This document shows, piece after piece, positions 38,696 through 49,052 of a DNA stretch of 64,000 nt. Origin of the DNA: Saprospiraceae bacterium UBA2365 (GTDB taxonomy: Bacteria; Bacteroidota; Bacteroidia; Chitinophagales; Saprospiraceae); contig DDTL01000179.1 in assembly GCA_002344345.1 (NCBI GenBank), positions 8,849 through 72,848 on the forward strand, written 5' to 3'. Below the pieces are notes generated by a model, which saw only the letters and a list, made by a program, of their open reading frames with translations, made no database searches and was not told the DNA's origin. Both the position numbers and the translations under genes were made by a program. How positions within the stretch are numbered: the first letter of the stretch is position 1; each line of letters opens with the position of its first letter.

Positions 38696-40147
38696 TTACA
38701 ATACAATGGTTTGAATAGCCCTGGCAGGTATATTGATTTCAGCAGCCTGAATTCCAACACAAAGGTTATATTTGATGGCTTTATCTGTTGGATTCATCAC
38801 AATGGTTATAAGTTTTCCGTCAGGATTAATGAATGAGGTTGTCAGCAAATGACTTCGACTGGAGACACAACTTACCCTCTTTGCTCCTTCTTTGACAAAC
38901 TTTGAAAAGTGCCCGATATAATAATATGAAGGCGTAAACACCAATTCGCCAGTCCTCAGATCTGCATGCACTGGTGCAAAGCAAAAGTTACCAACATGAT
39001 TAGGACCTCCGGTTTCATCCAAAAGTATGTTCCAATCGGTCCAGGCAACCGTGCCTTTGTTAAAATCATTGATCATCGATCTGCCATACTTTTCAGCATT
39101 GGTCCAACTATGGAGCCTGTCAGGATGATAACTATCAGCACATCCTTCCGTAAAAATCAGATTTTTCTCAGGATACAGCAGATTTACTTCTCCCACATTG
39201 TCAAACATCATGTTCCCTCCTGTCCAGTTTTCGTACCAATGGAATCCTACGCCCCATACGTATTGCGCAGCTTTTTTATCTTCCAGGATGGTATTCACGC
39301 GTTGTGTGATCAAATCCCTGTTGTGATCCCAAATAATAATTTTCTTATTCCCTAAACCATTTTTTGCCAGTGTTGGCCCAAGGTGATCTTTGAGGAAGTC
39401 TCTTTCTTCTTCTGCAGTGTAAATACACGATTCCCAGATTTGAGTTGCCATCGGTTCATTCTGAATGGTTAATCCCCAAAAATCAAGGCCTTCCTTTTTA
39501 TAACTTTCTATGAATTTTACATAATATCTGGCCCACGTATCAAAATACTCCGGAAGCAATGCTCCCCCTTTAAGCATATTTTTGTTGGATTTCATATATG
39601 CGGGCGGACTCCACGGACTGAAATACAACTTACTGTCCGGGGCTAGTTTTACCGCTTGTTTGATCATGGGAATTTTAAATTTCTTGTCATGCTCAATGTT
39701 AAATGACATCAGGTCTTTGTCTCCATCGGACACGTAAGTATACATATCTGAACTAAAATCGCAGCTGTTCATATTTGTTCTGATGACCGTATAGGCATTT
39801 CCTTCATTTTTGTCAAAATAGGCTTCCATCAGTTGAGTTTGTTTTTCCGGCGAAAGCTTTGCATATACTTCTGCTGATGCATCAGTTATGGCGCCACCAA
39901 TCCCCAGGAAGGTCTGAAAAGTTTTGTCTGGTTCAACAAAAATACAGACCTGAGTTTCCAATGGCTGTTTTAATTCTTTAAATGTAAATCCCTCAGTTTT
40001 GTCGAATCTCAAATCTGAACTGTCCGCAGTAGTATAAACCGAAATGGTTTTATCGGTGACCAAAAACTCTTTTTTCTCATTTTCACAACTAGTCAAAGTC
40101 AAAAATAACCATCCGGTGAGTATCAGAAATGTCATGCTGTTTTTCAT
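38696..40147 (-). CDS. glycoside hydrolase family 30 (glucosylceramidase/beta-1,6-glucanase-like), lipoprotein
   Basis: Motifs GIGGAITDASA, YFSPWSPPAYMK and WGLTIQNEP (acid/base Glu). Lipobox LTSC. Confidence 0.85.
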   Translation of the reverse strand: MKNSMTFLILTGWLFLTLTSCENEKKEFLVTDKTISVYTTADSSDLRFDKTEGFTFKELKQPLETQVCIFVEPDKTFQTFLGIGGAITDASAEVYAKLSPEKQTQLMEAYFDKNEGNAYTVIRTNMNSCDFSSDMYTYVSDGDKDLMSFNIEHDKKFKIPMIKQAVKLAPDSKLYFSPWSPPAYMKSNKNMLKGGALLPEYFDTWARYYVKFIESYKKEGLDFWGLTIQNEPMATQIWESCIYTAEEERDFLKDHLGPTLAKNGLGNKKIIIWDHNRDLITQRVNTILEDKKAAQYVWGVGFHWYENWTGGNMMFDNVGEVNLLYPEKNLIFTEGCADSYHPDRLHSWTNAEKYGRSMINDFNKGTVAWTDWNILLDETGGPNHVGNFCFAPVHADLRTGELVFTPSYYYIGHFSKFVKEGAKRVSCVSSRSHLLTTSFINPDGKLITIVMNPTDKAIKYNLCVGIQAAEINIPARAIQTIVL

Positions 40148-40167
40148 ATGTTTGCTTTTAAAAATTA

Positions 40168-42606
40168 TTATGTCTTTATGAATTTAAATGTTACACTATG
40201 TTTTTTATCAGATAATCCAATGAAATACAAGCCTGGCTGAATATCCGAAACATCAAGGTGATTTTCTTCCCCAAAAATGATCTTACTGACCATTAAGTTA
40301 CCCCTTAAATCAAAAATATTTACCAGAATCATTTCATCTGAAGTAGCTTTGATAGTCATAGTGTTCCCTACCGGATTCGGGAAAAAACCAAAACTGTTTT
40401 CTTTCTTATCCACAGACTTTGTATTCAAAGGAATTGTTCCGGTAATACCCCAATTGAAAAATTCCCATGCCGAAGGCACGCTTCGGGAGCAAGTCATACC
40501 TGTGATGAGCCCATCTTCTGAAGATACATATAATCCATTACTTCCCATTATTGATAATGCTCCGGATAGATTGTTGAGTCTGAATTTTTGCTCATAACCT
40601 ATCATTGAAGCATCGCAATACAACCTGTTGTCTGATGGATTTAATGATAAATAGCGGTCATTACTACATTTCAGTGCGGAGTTGCCTTCACTTTCGTCCA
40701 CAATGACAAATTGCTCATCGTTGCTTAAAGTTTGTTTTGTGCTTGTCAGCAAGTTGCCAGGATTGGTGTAAGTAACATATTTATTATTATTCCCTTTCAA
40801 ATAAATAATATTTAAGCCATTTTCTACTGGAACATAAGGCAATAACGTAGTATTATGGTAGACAAAATTTACTGAACTTACATTGAACTCGCCGGATTTA
40901 TTTACGATTCTGATCACCTGCTTGCCCAAGGTACCGAATGAACAGGTAGCAGTTACTGTCTGCCAGGAAGACCAGCTTCCTGTTGGCGGAATGGCTACGG
41001 TGGTTAAAATTTCTGTGCCGTCCTCATTTTGAATTTGAAGTGTCCCGGGATTTGAAAATCCATTGGCTATCCTGAATTCAAGCAGGTATGTTCCGATTGC
41101 ATTATTCTTTATGGTATATTTCATCCATTCCCCTTCTACAAACCAACCAACTGTGTATCCATTTGACAACGGATCGCTTGTGGCTTCTAAATCAACACCA
41201 TTATTGCGATATACCCAGCCATTGTTCCATGCTGTGTAGTATCCTGTGGTGAGTCGAACATCTTCCCATGCCATATCAGCATAAGCATATCCATTCATTC
41301 CCTGATCAAAGTTGGAAGTAAATAGCCTCGTGGGTGCCGAATTACCTATAACAAATGGATCAGAGGAAAAAGGTTCAATATTCCTGTTTCCTGGTTGAAT
41401 AAAAACGGATCTTAATACTTCAGACTGGGGTTTACAATTTTCTAGTTTGACATTTTCTGCCAATTGCATTAAAATACTGAACGCTGTATTAGGATTTAAA
41501 TCCGGATTTGAACCTCCCAGATAATTCAACAGATCTGAATAACCGGTAGGAAATTCAGCACTGGCAAAGCAATTGATACTTTCAAATTTTTTCATGGGCC
41601 ACCAGGAAAGCCCAATACCATTTTCCCCAAGGGTCTCCACTATTTTTGTAAAATGATCATTGCTGTTCTCACCATGTTCCCCACACCAGATTGGCTTATT
41701 CTGTATTTCACGAAAGTCAGTTATCCATTTAATGTCAATATTGGAAGCATCAGACCAGTATTTGTGAAAAACATAAACCATATGATCATCCCAGGCTGGA
41801 GTTAGTCCGGTAAAATCATTTGAATACCAGTTTCCTTCAACGAAAATGATATGATGGTCTCCATTATTTCTGATGGCACTGGTAATTCGCTGATAAATAT
41901 TTCTTAATTCTGTCCCGTTTGGTAAATTCCATGCAGGCTCGTTTATAAGATCATATCCTGCTACCCATGGCTCATGTTTATACCTTTCCGAAATCTTTTT
42001 CCAAAGTTCCACAGTTTTCGTTTTATTCGATTCGCTCTCCCAAAGTGAAGGATGTGCCGAATCATAATCAGAGATTGCATTATTGCTTTGACCGCCGGGA
42101 GCAGCGTGCAAATCCAATACAACATAAATTCCTTCGGAACTACACCACGAAATAATATTGTCCAATAATAAAAACCCCTGATCAATCCAGATTATTCCTG
42201 CTTCCTTATTAACAAAATATTCATAATGGATAGGTACCCTGACTGCATTAAAACCCCATCCTTTAATTTGGATGATATCATTTCTGGTTACATGATTTGA
42301 AAGCCAGGTATTATAAAATGTTGCAGTATTTTGACTACCGATCAAATCGGTCAACTTTTTTTTCCATGTATGTTGATCCGGAGCCTGATTTGATGAATTC
42401 ATCATATAACCTTCCATCACCATCCAATTTCCAAAATTCATTGCATTCAGGATCACCTCATTACCACTGACCGAATTCACTATTTTGTCTCCGCTGACTA
42501 TCAATAATTGGGCATTTGATACGTTTAACAAAGTGGTCAATACGCAGGTCAATAAGAGTTTGGAGATAAATAATCGTTTAATATGATTCAAATTTATACA
42601 GTTCAA
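40168..42606 (-). CDS. secreted multidomain glycoside hydrolase: GH5 catalytic domain + CBM6-like module + beta-trefoil (fascin/ricin-like) module + T9SS type A C-terminal sorting domain
   Basis: GH5 motifs NAVRVPIHYEYF, YDLINEP (acid/base) and WCGEHGE (nucleophile). The CBM6-like segment is GWFVEGEWMKYTI...TGSWSSWQTV. The C-terminal FPNPVGNTMTIK...GLYFIGL...TFKFIKT is Por_Secre_tail-like. The start is TTG in the ORF track, with no in-frame ATG before the signal peptide. Confidence 0.8.
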   Translation of the reverse strand: MNCINLNHIKRLFISKLLLTCVLTTLLNVSNAQLLIVSGDKIVNSVSGNEVILNAMNFGNWMVMEGYMMNSSNQAPDQHTWKKKLTDLIGSQNTATFYNTWLSNHVTRNDIIQIKGWGFNAVRVPIHYEYFVNKEAGIIWIDQGFLLLDNIISWCSSEGIYVVLDLHAAPGGQSNNAISDYDSAHPSLWESESNKTKTVELWKKISERYKHEPWVAGYDLINEPAWNLPNGTELRNIYQRITSAIRNNGDHHIIFVEGNWYSNDFTGLTPAWDDHMVYVFHKYWSDASNIDIKWITDFREIQNKPIWCGEHGENSNDHFTKIVETLGENGIGLSWWPMKKFESINCFASAEFPTGYSDLLNYLGGSNPDLNPNTAFSILMQLAENVKLENCKPQSEVLRSVFIQPGNRNIEPFSSDPFVIGNSAPTRLFTSNFDQGMNGYAYADMAWEDVRLTTGYYTAWNNGWVYRNNGVDLEATSDPLSNGYTVGWFVEGEWMKYTIKNNAIGTYLLEFRIANGFSNPGTLQIQNEDGTEILTTVAIPPTGSWSSWQTVTATCSFGTLGKQVIRIVNKSGEFNVSSVNFVYHNTTLLPYVPVENGLNIIYLKGNNNKYVTYTNPGNLLTSTKQTLSNDEQFVIVDESEGNSALKCSNDRYLSLNPSDNRLYCDASMIGYEQKFRLNNLSGALSIMGSNGLYVSSEDGLITGMTCSRSVPSAWEFFNWGITGTIPLNTKSVDKKENSFGFFPNPVGNTMTIKATSDEMILVNIFDLRGNLMVSKIIFGEENHLDVSDIQPGLYFIGLSDKKHSVTFKFIKT

Positions 42607-42640
42607 TTATTATGAAATTCCCGTGTTTTTACTAATAACT

Positions 42641-42695
42641 GAGTTTGTCCCGTAAAGTCTTTGCCCCTGAATACCCTTTAAAGGGGACTTTTATT
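42641..42695. repeat. degenerate/collapsed family A relic (A4) inside the PUL
   Basis: gagtttgtcccgtaaagtctttgcccctgaata aligns with the A-family end gagactgttacgaaaagtctttgccccctaaat. It is followed by aaaggggactttt. Confidence 0.45.
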
Positions 42696-42799
42696 TTGAT
42701 GGTATTTTTACAAAAACATTCTCAGATACCTCTCGGGGAAAAAATTACCTTATCCTACAAATTCTTTTTCCAAGAATACATCATTGGATGAGGAATGTT

Positions 42800-44242
42800 C
42801 TAATTCCAGACGTATGTACCAACGGATCCTGCTTCCAGAGTGCAAACTGCCCATTTCCCTTTATATTTGATGTTAAATGCAGCAGTACCATTGCCCTCGT
42901 TCAAGACCACCAACACTTTTTTCCCTTCCGGTGTCAAAAAAGCAACATTCGGCAAACCACCCAATAGATTGGATGATATTCTTACTGATTTTGGCGGAAC
43001 AAACCTGGAAACGTGAGCAATGATAAAGTAGCTCACATTCCTGTTGAATGCATCGGAACTGAGCACGGTAATCGCACCCTTACATGTTGAGCAGCCGCCC
43101 TCCGTGTGCGGTTTGAAATCACCATCATTTGCCAGATTCCATTCCAAAACTACCCTACTCCAGTTTCTCAAAGAACCTATGACAACGTTTTTCAGGTGCC
43201 AGTTCAGATCACCTCCAAAGTTGCCGTTGGAAGCAGTATATTGTTCCGTAAAATATAGCTTTTTATTGGGATAGAGATTATGAATATATGATAGCACACC
43301 GATATCTCCTCCATAAAGGTGGAAAGCGGTTCCATCAATATATTGCCTTGCAGCTGGATCATCAAGAATTTGTTTTGGGTAATCAGGGCGATCACAATTG
43401 TGATCATAAATAATTATTTTCGTATTTATGTTATTTTTAAAAAATTCCGGCCCCAAATGATCTTTTATAAATACTGCCTGATCAACTGCTGTCATATACA
43501 TACTTGGGTTGTTTCCCGGGTGCAGGGGTTCATTTTGTGGCGTGACAGCATCTATCCGAATACCGTGTATTGCCATTTCCTGAATATACTTCACAAAATA
43601 TCTGGCATATACATCAAAATACTGAGGCAAGAGGCTTCCTCCCTTAAAATTTTTATTGTCCTTCATCCAGACCGGAGCAGACCACGGAGTCGCCAGATAG
43701 AGTATCTCAGGATTGATCGCATGAATTTCTTTCAGCAAAGGTATAAGATCCTTCAGATCATGAGAAAGCGAAAACTTATCAAGCAACAGGTCTGTATCTC
43801 CTGTTTCCAGATCATTGTAAGTAAATGGAAAGTCATTCAGATCAGATGCTCCGATGCTGAGCCTGAGATAACTTATCCCTATTGAAAAATCTTTTTTACC
43901 GAAAAGTTCTTCCAACAATTGTTGACGATCGGCTGTATTCAATTGATTGATTACTTTTGCACTGCCTCCGGTAAGTGTATAACCAAATCCGTCTATTGAT
44001 TGAAATTCAACAGCAGAATCGACTTCAATGAATTCATAGAAATTGGATGGAGAGTTAAAACTGTATTTCATTTCCTGTTTTTGCAATAATTGAAGACCGT
44101 CTTTGGTGGTGAGCCAACAGTCAATTTCTGATTGAATGATTGTATCCTGTGGATCAGGATCCGGATTTACCGCAGGTTCATTACAATTCAAAATCGAAAA
44201 GTAAAATATAATTAAAAATGATATCGACATATATCTACCCAT
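42800..44242 (-). CDS. glycoside hydrolase family 30 (beta-1,6-glucanase/glucosylceramidase-like)
   Basis: Motifs IDGFGYTLTGGSA, LATPWSAPVWMK and AVTPQNEP. It is a paralog of 38696..40147. Confidence 0.85.
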   Translation of the reverse strand: MGRYMSISFLIIFYFSILNCNEPAVNPDPDPQDTIIQSEIDCWLTTKDGLQLLQKQEMKYSFNSPSNFYEFIEVDSAVEFQSIDGFGYTLTGGSAKVINQLNTADRQQLLEELFGKKDFSIGISYLRLSIGASDLNDFPFTYNDLETGDTDLLLDKFSLSHDLKDLIPLLKEIHAINPEILYLATPWSAPVWMKDNKNFKGGSLLPQYFDVYARYFVKYIQEMAIHGIRIDAVTPQNEPLHPGNNPSMYMTAVDQAVFIKDHLGPEFFKNNINTKIIIYDHNCDRPDYPKQILDDPAARQYIDGTAFHLYGGDIGVLSYIHNLYPNKKLYFTEQYTASNGNFGGDLNWHLKNVVIGSLRNWSRVVLEWNLANDGDFKPHTEGGCSTCKGAITVLSSDAFNRNVSYFIIAHVSRFVPPKSVRISSNLLGGLPNVAFLTPEGKKVLVVLNEGNGTAAFNIKYKGKWAVCTLEAGSVGTYVWN

Positions 44243-44285
44243 TATTGGTTGTCATTTAATCAACTGCCAAATATAAACTGTCTGA

Positions 44286-45359
44286 TTATTGATAAACCCT
44301 CACATAATCTATCTCAAAAACAGATTGCTCAAATGACGGCTCTATGGTTCCCCCAAAATTTCCTCCCATAGCACAATTCATGATAATAAAATAGGGTTGA
44401 TTAAAGGGTAAGGAAGCTGCATTGGCAAAAGTGTAATATAGCTGATCATCCACAAAAAACCTAATGTAATCTGCTGACCAGTCAACTTTATATACATGAA
44501 ATTCCTTGGTAACATTCTCAATCATGACGGTACCTCCGTCGGGATTGCTGCCACTATGACCAGGATGATGCACCGTTCCGTAAATTTTATTTAGTTGATT
44601 TCCAACATGTTCCATCACATCTATTTCTCCGCATGCTGGCCAACCCACACTTCCGATATTGTTACCCAACATCCAAAGTGCCGGCCAAGTGCCTTTTCCT
44701 TCCGGCAATTTTGCCCTGAATTCAATGATCCCATACTTAAATGTGAAAAAATCTCTGGAGATCATCCGGGCTGAAGTGTATCCAAATCCCTGAAAGTTTT
44801 CTTTTAAAGTTTTTATTTTTAAAACGCCATTTTCTACAATGGCATTAACTGGCCTCGAAGTGTAATACTGTTTTTCATTGTTTCCCCATCCGTTTGATCC
44901 ATTACCAATCTCAAAAGACCATTTTTTATTATCCGGGGTACCGTTGTATTCAAATTCATCAGACCAAAGCAAAGCTGCTTTTACATAAACCGTTATCATC
45001 ATTGATTCAGAAACGAATTTAGTCCCATTATATGCAGAAACCACTACTTTATAATCAGTTGTCCCTATTTTCTTGCATTTATAATCAAAAACGCCAGTAT
45101 TTGACTCAATCAACTCCTGATCGATCAATATCTTATAGTTTTTGACATGGTCAGCAGATAATTTAAATGAAATAATTCCGCTTCCGTCCCCGCATGGGAG
45201 ATCTGCCGATTTACCAGCTAAATCAAAATTTATTTTCAGATTGGATGGAATCAATGTGTTATCATCACCTTCCGCAGGATCTGTACATGAAAATGAATAA
45301 ATTGAAAAAAAAATGATGAATGCAAGAAAGCTTTTGGAAAAAATTCGGAAATTATTCAT
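44286..45359 (-). CDS. glycoside hydrolase family 16 beta-1,3(-1,4)-glucanase (laminarinase-like) with an N-terminal Ig/PKD-like domain
   Basis: GH16 catalytic motif GEIDVMEH (ExDxxE) together with WPALWMLG. Signal/lipobox FSC. Confidence 0.9.
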   Translation of the reverse strand: MNNFRIFSKSFLAFIIFFSIYSFSCTDPAEGDDNTLIPSNLKINFDLAGKSADLPCGDGSGIISFKLSADHVKNYKILIDQELIESNTGVFDYKCKKIGTTDYKVVVSAYNGTKFVSESMMITVYVKAALLWSDEFEYNGTPDNKKWSFEIGNGSNGWGNNEKQYYTSRPVNAIVENGVLKIKTLKENFQGFGYTSARMISRDFFTFKYGIIEFRAKLPEGKGTWPALWMLGNNIGSVGWPACGEIDVMEHVGNQLNKIYGTVHHPGHSGSNPDGGTVMIENVTKEFHVYKVDWSADYIRFFVDDQLYYTFANAASLPFNQPYFIIMNCAMGGNFGGTIEPSFEQSVFEIDYVRVYQ

Positions 45360-45406
45360 TTATAAAAATTATGGGGGTATAAATATCTTTTTTTATCAAT
45401 AAGTAA

Positions 45407-45436
45407 ATCCAGGCACTCCGATTGAAGTGCCTGGAT
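45407..45436 (-). terminator. strong intra-PUL stem-loop (possible terminator, attenuator or processing site)
   Basis: ATCCAGGCAC-tccgattgaa-GTGCCTGGAT (10-bp perfect stem) lies 21 nt downstream of the stop at 45457. The following T-tract is weak. Confidence 0.4.
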
Positions 45437-45456
45437 TCTGTTCTCAACTTGTATTA

Positions 45457-46377
45457 CTATTGTTTTGGTACCATCGTAAGATACCATGCATTTCCTGTTT
45501 CAGTACCCTGTACTCTAAGTTTCATGACATTTGCATCGATCGATAAAATCTCATATTCATCCAGCAAAGCTCCGTATCCGATATAAATATCTTTGCCGCC
45601 AAGTTTTATAATGGTATTCGTTGAACCACTATTGGTTGCGCTTGTGGGAATGAATGCAAAGCTATTCGTTCCTCCGTTATAGGCATAACAACCTTCATCT
45701 CCTGATGCCGGAATGCCGGGCAGATTGGTCAATGCACCAGTTTTGGTGAATGCACCATCCGGATTGTCTACCAGCAGACTAAAATTACTTCCTGATTTAA
45801 TAAATGTAAATGTTGAAGTGTAGAAACAATTGCAACAGCCAACTTTTTCATTTACGCCTGCCTGCCACCAAACAGGCTCTCTGTTATCCCATGGGCCAAC
45901 TCCAAAATGGCCAAAAACACTCTTATCAACTATCCAGGTTTTAGAAGCATTATTGGTGAGATTGGTGACCAGTGCAGCAGCTGGCTGAAAATCACTTTTA
46001 ACAGTGATAGCTTTAGTTGCGACAGTAGAAGTACCTCCTGCTCCATAAGCGATGACTGTAATGTTGTAGGTATTTGTACCAAGAGAAGTGTACTTTTTGG
46101 TCACTGTTCCTTTCTCCAGCGGCACAAAGTTTGGATTAGGAGTATTACCAAAATCAATTTTGAATGCCAGAGCATCTTTAGCAGATGCGGTTATGGTTAC
46201 ATCACCAGATCCGTCACCGTTAGGATTCTGAGCATTCTGCCCGGCAATAGTCGTTGTAATGGTCAGTTCGGAAGGTGCTTTCAGATCACCCAGGCTGTAT
46301 TCTTCTTTTTCACAGGAAAGAAAGCAAATGCTTAATACTGGAAAAAGGAATAATATTAATTTAAATTTTGTCCTCAT
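45457..46377 (-). CDS. PKD/Ig-like domain lipoprotein, candidate surface glycan-binding protein (SusE/F position)
   Basis: Lipobox FLSC. The PKD-like segment contains NPNGDGSGDVTITASA. It sits downstream of SusC/SusD. Confidence 0.6.
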   Translation of the reverse strand: MRTKFKLILFLFPVLSICFLSCEKEEYSLGDLKAPSELTITTTIAGQNAQNPNGDGSGDVTITASAKDALAFKIDFGNTPNPNFVPLEKGTVTKKYTSLGTNTYNITVIAYGAGGTSTVATKAITVKSDFQPAAALVTNLTNNASKTWIVDKSVFGHFGVGPWDNREPVWWQAGVNEKVGCCNCFYTSTFTFIKSGSNFSLLVDNPDGAFTKTGALTNLPGIPASGDEGCYAYNGGTNSFAFIPTSATNSGSTNTIIKLGGKDIYIGYGALLDEYEILSIDANVMKLRVQGTETGNAWYLTMVPKQ

Positions 46378-46402
46378 ATTAATTCAATTTTATTGAATGA
46401 AA

Positions 46403-47518
46403 TTAATTAGATTGGGAGATGTTGTCTAAATAAATGACTTCTCCTTCTCCGTTAGCTACATCATTATACCTGAAAACCAATTGTTTGAAGGTCGTTCCTG
46501 CAGGAATTCCCAGTGCCCCAAAATCAAAAACCAATTCTTCCCATTCATTTGCTTTTGTGTTGGCAACTTTCAATATTTGATTAGCAACCCCATTACTGCC
46601 CTGTTCCAGTTCAACATTGACCGCCTTCCCTATTTCTGTTGAATAGATATGCACCAGGATCTTTGAACCATCATCAATATTGATTGGAACTCCGTTTGGC
46701 AGACTGAGTGGAGTCCATGTTCCACCCCAACCGGGTGCGTTGACTGCTTTGGTATACTTTCTGACTGTTGCAGATGTATTGATGCCCCCTGGAAATGGGT
46801 TAGCAACCTGCCCGACGCTGACATCGCCAAAAGTTCCGCCAATATTATAGTTCTGTATCGGACTTTCATAGGTAATTGGCAGTGAAAAAGGTGCAAATAC
46901 TATGATCGGATAAGTGACTGTGGTTTTTGCAGCGCCACCGCTCAATGCAATAACCGTTAAGGTGTATACACCAGGTGAATAAGTATGAGGAGCAACTGAA
47001 AAAGTACCACCTAAAGTTCCTTCCATATTCACAGGCACCTCATTAGCACCTCCATCTCCCCAAAGAACCTGGAAACCATTAGCATAATCTGCTTTTGCGG
47101 TCAGCACCATTGTGGTACCTTCGAAATTCCAGGTAGCTGATACATTTTCAGGTGCAACATAAGTCATTTGCAATGGGTAAGTTTTGACTGTTTCTTTACC
47201 TGCCAGATCAAAATAATTGACAGTCACGGTATAATTACCTTCAGGATAATTGTGGGAAGCGCTCAATCCTGCTTTTAAAGTAACCGGATTTGAGCTTCCA
47301 TGTCCAAAACTAACTTTTGAATAGGTAATTCCTTCTCCGACAGGTTTGATAGTAACTAATCCTGAATTGTCCCTGGTGATGGTAAAAATACCATCATGTG
47401 CAGCAGAACCAATGCTGTCCAAAAAGGAAAGATCGTCATCAATACCATCCGGAATAGTACAGCTCCATGTCAGAAAAAGCATTAAAATCAAACTTAAAAT
47501 AAATATTCTATTTTTCAT
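46403..47518 (-). CDS. PKD/Ig-like repeat lipoprotein with a C-terminal CBM-like module, candidate surface glycan-binding protein
   Basis: Lipobox TWSC and two Ig-like repeats. It is immediately downstream of susD. Confidence 0.6.
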   Translation of the reverse strand: MKNRIFILSLILMLFLTWSCTIPDGIDDDLSFLDSIGSAAHDGIFTITRDNSGLVTIKPVGEGITYSKVSFGHGSSNPVTLKAGLSASHNYPEGNYTVTVNYFDLAGKETVKTYPLQMTYVAPENVSATWNFEGTTMVLTAKADYANGFQVLWGDGGANEVPVNMEGTLGGTFSVAPHTYSPGVYTLTVIALSGGAAKTTVTYPIIVFAPFSLPITYESPIQNYNIGGTFGDVSVGQVANPFPGGINTSATVRKYTKAVNAPGWGGTWTPLSLPNGVPINIDDGSKILVHIYSTEIGKAVNVELEQGSNGVANQILKVANTKANEWEELVFDFGALGIPAGTTFKQLVFRYNDVANGEGEVIYLDNISQSN

Positions 47519-47537
47519 AATTCAATCTGTTTATGGA

Positions 47538-49046
47538 TTAATTGTAGTTTGGATTTTGCACCAATTTAGTATTTTCTAACTCTTTGTACGGAATCGGAAA
47601 GATTTCATTTTTGCCGGCAACAAATCCCCTTGGACCTAGTTTTGCACTGGCATCACCCCAACGAACCAGGTCAAAAAACCTGAATCCTTCTCCGGCTAAT
47701 TCTCTCCTGCGTTCAGCTTTGATGGCTTCCATTGAAACGGGCACTGAAGGTAAACCCACCCGGACCCTTACTGCATCCAGTAAGGCCTGAGCTCTGGCGC
47801 CGCTTGCACCTAATGCTTCTGCTTCCATCAAATATGTATCAGCGAGGCGAATGATATAGGTATTTTGTTTGTAATTTAATACAGCATCTCCGGTACCCGT
47901 AGAGACATCAGAAATTCTGGGGGTAAATTTATTCAGAAAATACCCGGTATTTTGATATCCTTCAGTATAATTCACCTTTCCAGCTTCTTTCATTGATTTG
48001 ATATCCAGTACAGTAGATTCAAAACGCGGATCATCTTTCATAAAATCGTATAAATCCTGTGTGATTACGTTAAAACTCCATCCTGAAGGTAAATCAGGAG
48101 CATCAGCACCTATTTTAACATAACCTCTTGGACCAACCATGACATTTACGGTATTTCCCTCATCAGCACTGCTTCCCCAGTTGCCCCAGTATGAACTTCC
48201 AACACTTGAATGACTGGTTTCCAGAATGGATTCAGCATTGAATCTATTAGCAACGACCCATAAGTCATTAAAATTCGAAAGTAATTTATTTCCATACTGA
48301 TTTGTTTGACCCGGTGTGCCATTTACCTCAGCAAATTGGGCAGCAGCCAAACTTTTCTTACCATCATACAAATATACTTTTCCAAGTAAAGCCTGTGCAG
48401 CGCCTTTATTCAGCCTGCCCTTTTCAGCAGCAGGTACTGTTGCGGGCAGATCAGGAATTGCTTCATTCAAATCTTTTACGATCTGAACATAAACATCTGC
48501 AGGATCAGCCTGAACCTGTTCATACATATTGGCAGGAGTCAATGGCTCCAGTATCAAAGGAATGTTTTTGAACATGATCACCAGGTTAAAATAATAAAGA
48601 GCTCTCAAAGCTTTGGTTTCAGCAACAAATCGTGTTTTAAGTGCTTCATCCATAGGAACATCAGGCAATTTTTGAAGGAGTACATTTGCTCTGAAAATAC
48701 CCTGATAATAGTCATTCCAAAAACTGGGAGGAATGGTATTGCTGTTTTGTGTATAATTTGAGAATGACTGAATTCCCACACCGTCTGTTGCACCACCACC
48801 ACCTGCATAATGGTCATCAGAACCAGCATTCATCATTGTGATCATGTTCTCAAATCCTCCTGAATTTTTCCTCAGAAGATCATATACAGAAATCAGACCG
48901 GCAAAAGCCTCATCCTGATTTTGGTAATAGGCACTTTCCAACGGCTTACCCTCAGGTTGGACTTCCAGAAAATCATCGCTGCAGGATGAGATCATAGAAA
49001 TAAAGAAAGCACCGATTAATAATGTTATATAAATATTTTTGTTCAT
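47538..49046 (-). CDS. susD: RagB/SusD family nutrient uptake outer membrane lipoprotein
   Basis: Lipobox ISSCSDDFLEVQPEGK, a TPR-like SusD core, and C-terminal RRRELAGEGFRFFDLVRW. Confidence 0.9.
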   Translation of the reverse strand: MNKNIYITLLIGAFFISMISSCSDDFLEVQPEGKPLESAYYQNQDEAFAGLISVYDLLRKNSGGFENMITMMNAGSDDHYAGGGGATDGVGIQSFSNYTQNSNTIPPSFWNDYYQGIFRANVLLQKLPDVPMDEALKTRFVAETKALRALYYFNLVIMFKNIPLILEPLTPANMYEQVQADPADVYVQIVKDLNEAIPDLPATVPAAEKGRLNKGAAQALLGKVYLYDGKKSLAAAQFAEVNGTPGQTNQYGNKLLSNFNDLWVVANRFNAESILETSHSSVGSSYWGNWGSSADEGNTVNVMVGPRGYVKIGADAPDLPSGWSFNVITQDLYDFMKDDPRFESTVLDIKSMKEAGKVNYTEGYQNTGYFLNKFTPRISDVSTGTGDAVLNYKQNTYIIRLADTYLMEAEALGASGARAQALLDAVRVRVGLPSVPVSMEAIKAERRRELAGEGFRFFDLVRWGDASAKLGPRGFVAGKNEIFPIPYKELENTKLVQNPNYN

Positions 49047-49052
49047 ATCTTC

